Shown one piece after another: positions 53,933 to 64,000 of a DNA stretch of 64,000 nt. The translations under genes and the position numbers were made by a program. Within the stretch, counting starts at the first letter, position 1. Each line of letters opens with the position of its first letter. This stretch comes from Syncephalis fuscata S228 (Eukaryota; Fungi; Zoopagomycota), in assembly GCA_025786725.1 (NCBI GenBank), contig JAHLTZ010000013.1:496001-560000 (forward strand), read 5' to 3'. The notes beneath the pieces are model-generated. The model saw only the letters and a program-made list of their open reading frames with translations. It had not been told where the DNA came from and did not search any database.

Positions 53933-55807
53933 TTAATGATATGTATTCTTTCTAACACGACCTTGCTCCATCTCATTTGGTGATCCGGATACATTGCCAT
54001 GGCTACCAGGTACTCCTAATAGCCAGGTAGACTCGGTTGCCTCATTAGCTGGACTACTTACGGCCGGTGGTAAATTGCCTTCACTGTGACGTTTTGGTCG
54101 ATGGCCTTTTCCATCAGTACGTTCGGAGCGACGGGAACTGCGAAGTGCATGAGGATAGCGAATAAATGCCTGTTTAAAGGCACGAGCAACCTTAAGCTTA
54201 GTATGCATATCAACATATACATCGGTTTCATCAACAATCTCTTCTTGAATCAACTCTTCAATAACATCTTCTAGCGTAATAATACCAACAATATTTTGTT
54301 GATCATCTTCTACAACTGACATATGGGCTAGCTCACCGGGTTAGAACAGTAAATCGACTTGTTTGTTACTTACATTTTCCTTCTTGGAAAGCGTTAAGTA
54401 AATCAAATGCTGGTGTTGCTACATTAACCTTGTTTACGATGTTAAACCGTACAGAAGACGTCGGTGTTGCATCATCTGGATCAAGTAAAATCAATGACTA
54501 AATTGGATGCCATATAAGCTATTAATAGATTTTCAAACAAACCAACAATCACTCACCTTAGACAATAGAATACCCACAATATTGTCGCGTTGTCCTTCAA
54601 AAACAGGAATACGACTATGGCCCGTTTCAACAATTTGTGTCAACAGTGCACGATCCAAACAAGAATCAACACTGAGCATAAAAATATCTTCGACCTAAGT
54701 ATGAACCACCAATTATTATGATTAATATTATTAGTAATGGATATCAACACTACTCAACTACTACTTACAGGTGTCATAATATCACCGGCCTGTTTTCCTT
54801 GCATATCCAATGCGCCACGAATAATGGTGACTTCATCGTGTGTTAGATCACCATGTTGTAGATCACTGTGAAACGCTACAAGTTCCTTGAGCTCTAAGTG
54901 TCACTATTAACTTGGGTGTACTTATTGTTATTATTATTCAAACCGGTCTTACCTGCACGACGATAGACGACCTCATGCTCTTCCCCCAGTGTATAGTCTA
55001 GAAGCTTGGAAATAGGAAATGCCACTACATACTATTCAAACAAAAGCTGTGTTAATTATAGGCTGTAAGGCACAGTCCAACCAGCACTTACCATGATCCA
55101 TATCAATATGCGTACGGGCCTACAGCACACATCGTAAATTAGTTGGCAGTTTTGTACACCTTGATATACATGCAGGCACACCCAATCTTACTTACCACGC
55201 AAAGAAGGCACCGATTCTAAGGCCATGTCGAGCGCAAATACTTTGCGGAATAATTTCGCCAAATACGAAAATTAATGCTGTTGAGGCAAAAATGGCCACA
55301 AGCCCACCGCCTATAATCGAGTCCATCACAATCCTGTAGTATATGCATATCAGTATCCAAGGCTTAAGGTCGCTAGGCCTTTTTACTTACGGTAGGGCCT
55401 CGTTAATCAGCGTGTTAGTAAGTAGCAGCGTTACCAATAGCAGATGACCATTAGCGCGAATAGGCTGGATACGCGCGGCCCATTTACGTTGCTGCGGGTC
55501 GCCTCCGTTGGCAAGAACATGCAAGCTTGTAGCATTAAGCGACATTAAACCCAGCGTTAAACCTATTCATAGATAAGTTGATGTTCATAGCGTGACTGTA
55601 TTGCGCAATCTAGCGGACACGTAGCCAGCTAACCAGCCACCCGATCCACTACGCATGGTGGTACTTACCGGCAATTAAACCGCCAAACAGTACAAGAAAG
55701 CCCACTAGAATACAGTGAGTTAAAAAGGACGGATGGTCCGACGGAATAGCCGGCTTATGAACGGCGCCATGTCCTATGATAAATGAAGAGATATAGGAAA
55801 GAATCAT
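53933..55807 (-). CDS. CNNM/DUF21-CBS metal transporter (MAM3-like); multi-exon
   Basis: [118 protein letters not shown]. Confidence 0.94.
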
Positions 55808-57350
55808 TCAAATAGAGAGCAGTAGAGATGAGCAGTCAACTGTATGCAAAAAATCAATAAAAGAGAAGAGTAGTGTGAAAATAGTTGGTTAATGGGTCGT
55901 TATCGAATGATACGAATGGCGACTGAGTGGGTGTTTAATAGTTGCATCAGCGTTAGTGTCTTTACATATAATATAAAAATAGATACGATACTGAATATGG
56001 AAAGTACCCTATCACTGATGTGTATGATATATGAACAGTACCACATTGGTTAGTCTATTTACTGTTGGATACTTGTAACAAAAAGACACCAGTCTACATG
56101 TGATACACAAGCCATGAATTGCAAAAATGTAGGCCTATTCTAGATTAAATCGCAGTAATCGAGTCGATGCATTGTAGATAGCTATTTCTTAGTTACCTAA
56201 TGAGAAAGCGTATATCTATGGTTTATATAGCCATTATTGCTACTATAGATAATGTTATTATAGCCACAATAGCTGGTAAAATTAAGTAGAAAGTATACTG
56301 TTTATTATTGCCATGTCTAGACAGTTATTTGGTAGAACAAGGACAACTGGTTAATATTCATGGAATACGCCTAAATTGTTTCATCAAGCATTAATCCATT
56401 ATTAATGCAGCCTACGTTTGTATCGTCATTATTAATATTGTCATTATTAATATTTGACAATATTATTAGTTAGTTATAATATACGAATCTACATATTATT
56501 TTCAAGTAAATCAATGACTATTCATAATAAATAGTTGTAATTCAGTTATCTAATTATTACACAATAACAATCATTATTACAGTACCAGCAAGGTCTACAA
56601 TAGCCTATCAAAAATAAAAACGTGTTTTTTTGTGTATTTATCGGTTTCCTTGGCGCGTGTGCCATGCGTCTATCTATGACACTACTAGAATCATTATTTG
56701 TATTCTACGATGATGATGATGATGATGACAACAACATCTACTGATGCTGATGCTGCACGCATACACGCAGTGTATAGATAGGTCAATGGACATATTTACC
56801 CCTTTTTTCTATTCATCTACACCTTTTACAACAACACAACCAAATACAATTGGTTCTAGTGTAAATCTAACGGCAGCTTTTATTGTTATTGATCTATTTC
56901 ACTTCTACGCCATATCTAATTCCCCCCTTGTTTTTCTTTCCTGGTATTCCTATTTCGCCACTGCTTCTTTCTTTTTCTCTTTACTTCCCTCCACCCTTTA
57001 CCACCTCGCCTCTCCATTTATCGACTTTGCTTCTCGTCTTTTATAGTACACATTCGGTTCAAACTACGAAAGAGAGAAAGTAGCTTTTGTTTTGATCATT
57101 TCACCTTACACACACACACCCAGACAGACAGACAGACTTTAGCGCTGTTTGTTTGTTTTACACTTCGATTGGAATCTATTGTGTTCCACAACACACACAC
57201 ATACACAACGCCTATTTTTAAGCGTAATAGCATCACAATAACCACCACAACAGTCCGTACAAGTCTACGTCTCGTGTGCGTGTGTTTGTGTGCGTGTTGC
57301 GTGTGTAGGTGCATTGCTCTTTCTTTTGCTTACATTCTATTGCTATAATC

Positions 57351-59562
57351 ATGGCGCTGCGTCCTGATACATCTCGCGACTGCCTCCACGCTGGCGGACT
57401 GGGAGGCTTCATGCCAGATAGGTAAGTGAAGATCCAGTGCCGGAGATCTAGTATATGCACAGTGGTGTGTGAATAAATAGACAGCCAGGCACTTTCTGAC
57501 TAATCTATACATCCACGTCAATATGACCATGAAACGCTTCTCCCACGCTTATATGATGTTTGGGTGTGTGTCACGAGAGGCTTTTTTTCTGTGAAGTCGG
57601 CACATAACAACAACAAGCTTGCTGTTATTGCTATTACTACCGCTGTTAATACAACTCTTTCTTTTTTACCAACTAAATTACTAACTACTACTTACTTGTA
57701 TCCACTTGACTGATGGACACCTTTTATAGTGATATCCACAACAACAGTTTGCTCTTTCTTTCACTTACACAATCTCGACAAGCATGGACTACGGCGCTTT
57801 TTAGACGCTATGCACCTGATGTGTCACAGAGTAGTGTTGATGAGACCAGTACAGCAAATGGCGACGATATAGCACCAAAAGACCCAGAGCTGGTTGGCAG
57901 TTGCACTGTGGTGATAGGGCCGCATATGTTTCCAGATACTCGCTTCTTTCGATTTCCTTATCGATCGGCACAAAGAACGGTAACAAAGCAGGCTGACAAT
58001 GTAAAAGGTGCCAAGAATGATGGGGATGACATTATAATGCACGAGACAATTGAATCAACACATGTCAGCTATCAGTTGGCGTTTGAGTTTCGAGAAAATC
58101 CTACAGATCGCTGGTTATTGCCAGAGGATGCGGTAATAGAGGCACTAAGCATGTCTGCACCATACGAGGTAAGCTATAGAGTCGAGTAGATAGATAGATA
58201 GATAGATAGATAAATTGCAATATTACTATGCTTGTCATTTATAAAGAGCTGATAAACTAACGTATTATAATGGCTTATAGGTTATTGCCACGTTTCGCTT
58301 ACCCAGCCTACATGGCGATGTAGCAACAAAATCAACTGGACAACATATTACTATGCACTTTTCGGAAGTATCAGAAGAGCTATGGCAAGCTATTCGCGCA
58401 GCATCTGGCGATCAAGAACAAGCAATTCAACGTCTAGTTAAAGATATTCAAGTCAATCTTGATGATGCATTTGGACCGATTCGAATGCCATTTGAACAGC
58501 CACTTACGTTAACAGAGGTAAGAAAGTGAAATGGCTAGAATAGTCGCGATGAATGATTGCTAATCAGTCTATACAGATTCTGGGCAAGAGAGTGGAAAGT
58601 GATGACCGTATTTCATTGTATGGCGGCTTAAATGGGAATGGCAGTATTAATCCAGCAAAGATTAATTTAGCACCTAAAAAACGGGCCTCTGATTGCACAG
58701 TAAGTAGATTGCAATTACAAAATATATAGTAGCTTATAAATTTAATTTAAACAGCCACCAGTTCCGGATTCACATCGAAAAACGAAGAAACATCGTGCTA
58801 CGGGTAAGTAGTTATTTAACTATGCGATTATTATTCATTATACTGATGATCATGTCATTATAGGTGCATCACCTAAAAAGGCAAAGAAAGCAGCCGCATC
58901 AGCTCATGGAGGTGAAGCTAGTTTAGCCAATACTGCTACAACCCACGAAGCAAATAGCACAACGACACCAGGTTCCAATGGTACAAAGAAATGCTTGTAT
59001 TGTGGCTGTAAAAGCACGCCCATGTGGCGTCGCGGGCCACAAGGTGCTGGTAAGTTATTAATGATTTATAAATGAATAACTTGATATTTGATTGACTAAT
59101 TATCTCCTTATCTGTTTATTATATTTAGGCACATTGTGCAATGCTTGCGGTGTGAAATGGAAGCATGGCAAGATTTTACAAGGTGTCACGAGCACACCAA
59201 ATGCTTCGGGAAATAATACAGGAAATAACGGCCAACAGGCTGGTACTCGTTCTGCCTCGTCAAGTCCAGCAACAGCTGACGATAGTGATCGTAAAAATAG
59301 TATTTCTAAAACGTCACACACCACTACGGCAGCAACGGCTATGCACACACCAAACGCACATCATGGCACTTCGTTCAGCAATAACGAGACGCGTTCTCCT
59401 CTTGCGCCACTGCAACGGGAGATTAGCAGTAGTAAGTCATCAAGCTCGCCGGAAGGTGAGATGACAAAAAAAGCTGTAACGACATCGGGTGCACATACAA
59501 GTCCCATCTTTGTACCGGCGCCATTAAAGAAGCGCTTTTCGGTACCGGGAAAAGACCGCTAA
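57351..59562 (+). CDS. GATA zinc-finger protein (CX2CX18CX2C) with an N-terminal Swc3-like region; multi-exon; start uncertain
   Basis: KKCLYCGCKSTPMWRRGPQGA|GTLCNACGVKWK; N-terminal LLFLSLTQSRQAW, VGSCTVVIGPHMFP, LAFEFRENPTDRWLLPEDAVIE. Confidence 0.85.
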
Positions 59563-60602
59563 GCAACATTGTCAACAACTTGATAATACACCGTGGCTAT
59601 ACATCAGTCAAATAAGTGGTCGAATTAGGATTAGCCCTATTACGATGACATGACTGCAATACGCGACGTGTAACCATTTGCCAAACGACGGCACTTTAGC
59701 ATATTAACCAACTATTCTAGATTAGAGACATGAATAGGCATGCACACATGACCATTCACTGTCCAGAACAACAGCGATAACCACCTTGATTATTATTTGC
59801 GTTTTTTATGTAACTCTGGTTCGCGTTCAACTTCTTTGCAAAAAAACAATCTCTGCACTTATCTTTTTCCTTCTCTCGCCTGTCAATTGTGTTTACTAAA
59901 AAAACTTGCATTTTCCTTCTTTTTGTTGCACCGCAGCTTATTTTCTATCGCTTTATTGCTCCATCCCTTCACTGCTGTACGTTAACAATAACAACAATAA
60001 CACTACTACACCTTGTCGCTACCTAACTTGTTACTATTATCAAGTATAATATGGACTACCGCTCTTTTGTGACCTATATAATCCGAAAATGACTCTAAAT
60101 ATGATTTAATTAGCAGCAAAAGGCCCGACTGGATACTTTAACGTAACATGGCTAAAACTAGCCACGATTGTGTTACAGCAACATTTTGGCTTATTATGTG
60201 ATTGCGACAATGTCACTTCACTATCATAAATAAATTGATAGTGGCAAATATGCTATTTTATTTGCAATGACTACTTATATAAATAACCGCTTATATTAGA
60301 TATAGTATTAGTGTCACTCTTTTATGCGACAATTATATTTACATGTAGAATCAATGACTGACTGAATTAATGTTGTAATTAATAATGTTGTTACTAGTTT
60401 ATTATTAAGAGTAATAAACAATTAGCATTGGTACACTATAGCCTAGCAATACCAATTTATAATACACATGAAAAGCAGCTTATGAGCAGGCTAACATGCA
60501 GCTAACTATAGCTTTAAAATGGTGTAACACTCTTCATCGACATGCATAACATCCAAGGCCTTTGATTCTTACAAGAACAACAGCAACTCTTTATCTTTCA
60601 TT

Positions 60603-62322
60603 ATGTCGTTACAAAATAATAGCTCTATATCAAAAGTCTGGGCCACTATCGAAATTACCCGACTCATAGCACTATTTAGTGATGATAGGGCAATTATCGC
60701 CTTATCGCTTACTTGTACACAGCTGTACAGAACTATAGTACAAAACAATGATTTATGGTACAATTTGTGTCTACAAAAATACCGTACTATTGCAGAATTA
60801 GAACTCATTTGGACAAAGCGACAAATGCAGCAAATACGTGTTGCGCCGATACTATCTGATAATCTTTCTACGAAAAATAGTGGCTTGTGGAGCAAGTTAT
60901 ACCAGAAATCTATTTCAAAGTCTAGTCGATTTTCAAAGGATTGTGGTCAAGAGGATGTTGCACCAACAGCAATAGTAGACGATGAGCTAAAATCTTGTAC
61001 ATGGATGCATCTCTATAAGCAACGTAAATACATGCTTGCAAATTGGCAAAGCAATCAACCAGCATGGGCATCAGATATAGTACTTGCTAAAGAAAACGTC
61101 CAGTTAAAGCTCGATTTATCTGATTTGTTTTTCACCAGCAGTTGTCCAGGTGGATCTTTTGTCGACATAGTACAACAGCACAGTCTCTTTTGATTGAACT
61201 TCGTATTCGGGAGCCTGCAATAGCTCATCTACTAGACTGGAAAAAAGATGACTCGGATATGATATTTAGTTCAACATTTAACAATGATCACCAAGCGCAA
61301 TATAGCGCCAAAGGATGGAATACCCACAATGAAGAAAGTAATAAACATAATGCGTATTTAATTCTACAAATATCTACGGCAGGAACAAGCATAAAAATTT
61401 GCAAATATGGAACACCGGCAATCGTCAATTAATAAGAACCATTAAAAATGACGGTCTTCAGACTTTTGAAGTATTCGGCTCTTCTGCACTATACCATAAT
61501 GCAATCGATCATACTTCTCAGCATCCACATCCGTATGGATCGATAACTCTTATTACAGATATACTTGCGCCACCTCCTTGTGAGCTACGGTCTGTGATCA
61601 TTTCAAACGAGGTTGAAAATCAACGATATGATATACAAACCACCAATGATAAATATGTAAATTTACTACGCTATAACTATACCAAGACGCCTACTACATA
61701 TGAGATTCTTCATGCTCCAATAGAAGCCATATCAACTGATATAGCCAGCACTAAGTCGAGTGCAAAAACAATCAGCACTGGACACTTTCCTACTCCTGAA
61801 AACATGGTTAACAATGTTTTGAACTTTTATCCTGTGGATCGAAATCGAGTTTTATTTAAAGGATATTATCGTGCCGCCAACGGATCGGCTGCACATCTTA
61901 CGGCAAACGCGCCTGAAGACGGCCTATCACTCATATCAATATCAAACGGAATAGTATGGAATAGAAGCTACGACGGCTATAAGATTTATAATGCGATAGT
62001 AATGGCAGAGCACCATGTGTGTATATTCCAATGCTATGCAAATCAAGCAATAGTCGTTGTCTCACTACTGGATGGCCGTATACAGCTGGAAATCTCCGCC
62101 AAAGATGCTAATAGCGAATTTAAAAGCTTTGAACGAGTTGTTGGCTCATTAATTGCCGGTTACAATTATCAAACTAATCAATACTGTATTATTGACGTAT
62201 TAACCGGTGAGCGAAGCATTTTTTCATTTCCAATACCATCAGTTAGACGTTGTATTTCTGTATTTGGGCACATGTTGATGACCAATGATAAAACAACACA
62301 TGCAGTAAGCTTTGTTTTATAG
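60603..62322 (+). CDS. F-box-like protein with a beta-rich C-terminus; intronless; two -1 frameshifts (~61150-61190 and ~61395)
   Basis: WATIEITRLIALFSDDRAIIALSLTCTQLYRTIVQNNDLWYNLCLQKY is F-box-like; WMHLYKQRKYMLANW; three consecutive ORFs in successive -1 frames. Confidence 0.65.
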
Positions 62323-62810
62323 CTGATGTAATACCAATGATTAGCTTGGTGTTCTATATTAATGATGCACGAGCTACACATATTAGAATATAGTATAAGA
62401 AATCATTAATAAAGTATCCATTGTGTGTATACAGACTTAATACTAGATTTTACACATTATAAATAATTTCACTATACTAATAAATTCAGACTTGAAACAA
62501 ATATTAGTAAATATAATCGTTTGACTCAGACTATAAACATTTACATTCTAAATTTAAATATTATATATACTACATTCATTACAATACTAATCGATCAGTA
62601 ATAATAATAATAATAATAATAAGTTGTTATTGATATAATTAATAGATTTGCTTGTAAATAAGCCAAGAATATCTCTTATGAATTATTAACGCGAAACTAA
62701 AACGTAGCTATTAGCTACTAGATCCGTGCCTATTACAAATATTTATATAGCCATTAGACAAAACCGTTGATAGATTAAATTTGGGTATCATATAAAGAAA
62801 TAGATCAAAA

Positions 62811-63723
62811 TTATCCTCGTAAGAATTGATCACATCGATCTTTACGACGTTCAGAATACTAAACAATAATCAGTTAGTCAACCAGTACCATTACTAGTTC
62901 ACTAAACTTACCTCTTCAAAACCGATAAGCCGATGAAGATCCTCTTCCCGTATCGGATTATCCGCAATGGACACCACAACTACAGGCGTGTCGCGTAGTA
63001 CCTCGCCAGGAAAAGCCTTTAACTTATTGTTATCCAGTCTAAGCACCTTAACTGCTCGCATACGCCGCCAAGCAGTCGGTACTTCTGTTAACTGGTTGCC
63101 CATGCACCGTAACTCTTCCAAGGCCGTAGCATTAGCAAGATCAGGTGGTAGTGATTCAATTTCATTTTCGGATACATCAAGTTCGCGCAATTGTTCGAGT
63201 GCACCAATACGTGCAGGCAAAGTACGCAGCTTATTCCGCTGCAACTTAAGTGTACGTAGCTGCGATAAATCTTCAAATGGAAATGAAGTGACTGAAGTAA
63301 GTCGATTTCCACCAAGATCCAATGTTTCCAAGCGAGTTAATTGTGCCACCACCATAGGTAGTTCTAGCAATCGATTGTCACTCAAGGTCAAGTGACGCAA
63401 GTGATTTGCAAAACTAGCAAATTCATCTGGCCTAAATATAGTAATTACATTAGCCATGTAACAATAACAATAACAACAATAACTTACAGTATTTTAAGTA
63501 AATTTTTGGCCAAATCCAGCGACCGTAATTCAACTGAATAGATATCCGGTAATTCTTTGAGTTTGCCATTGGACAAGGACAGTATACCAGTCTTTTGAGC
63601 ACGCTCAAGCTGTGCATCCAGTGTTGCACTTATCTTGCGGGTTGGCGGTCCCACAATACCACCAGGACCATTGATACGACGAAAAATACGCTCCGCAAAC
63701 GTCTCTTCGCTATTGCGCGTCAT
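62811..63723 (-). CDS. Leucine-rich repeat protein, LRRC57-like; two introns
   Basis: LDAQLERAQKTGILSLSNGKLKELP, regular LxxLxLxxNxL repeats, LRLDNNKL, SIADNPI...LIGFEE|YSERRK. Confidence 0.85.
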
Positions 63724-64000
63724 ACCGTCTTCTTCGTTGGGCCAATAGTAGTTATTGGCTGGTGAGGTTCAAAAGATTCCTGCTACTTGCTTCACAGGCG
63801 ATACAAGCACCGTCAAGGATACTTTTGTGTGGGTATAGAGTTATGGCTATCGTTAATAACCGATAGGTAGAAGGTAGCTATTTGCAACTGCACAAACTAG
63901 CACAAGAAAAAGAGATAGATATAGTAAACCAGTGTAATGCTGGTCGTACTAAAATGAAATTGCGGCAATATTGATAACGACAAAGGGAGCAGAAAGGAGA

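Overview
This is eukaryotic, intron-rich fungal DNA: short GT-AG introns of about 50-70 nt with CTAAY branch sites, and AT-rich intergenic DNA. Gene content suggests an early-diverging fungus, possibly Zoopagomycota (Syncephalis-like); that is inference. Genes in order: ABCC/MRP transporter (3' truncated), intronless M36 fungalysin, UPF0014 permease, NEMF/Rqc2, LIS1/NudF, SMIM8-like, PHYHD1-like, SMC5, an orphan DIRS/Ngaro gag-like ORF, GH18 chitinase, a hypothetical gene, a tandem trio of Cys-rich-tail genes (one pseudogene), CNNM/MAM3-like, a Swc3-like/GATA zinc-finger protein, an F-box-like gene and LRRC57-like. The most unusual structures are: (1) a full-length non-LTR retrotransposon with a 16-bp TSD, whose gag-like (RRM + CCHC) and pol (APE-RT-RNase H) regions form one uninterrupted ~2150-aa ORF with structured UTRs; (2) a ~5.4-kb near-perfect palindrome (two ~2.68-kb arms, ~56-bp spacer) between convergent genes; (3) a stand-alone, intact gag-like gene of tyrosine-recombinase retrotransposon type; (4) a chitinase bracketed by degenerate inverted repeats. 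Many host genes carry single-base deletions, mostly in short homopolymers, which are most likely assembly errors. No rRNA, tRNA or CRISPR array was seen. All alignments and identities were done by eye.
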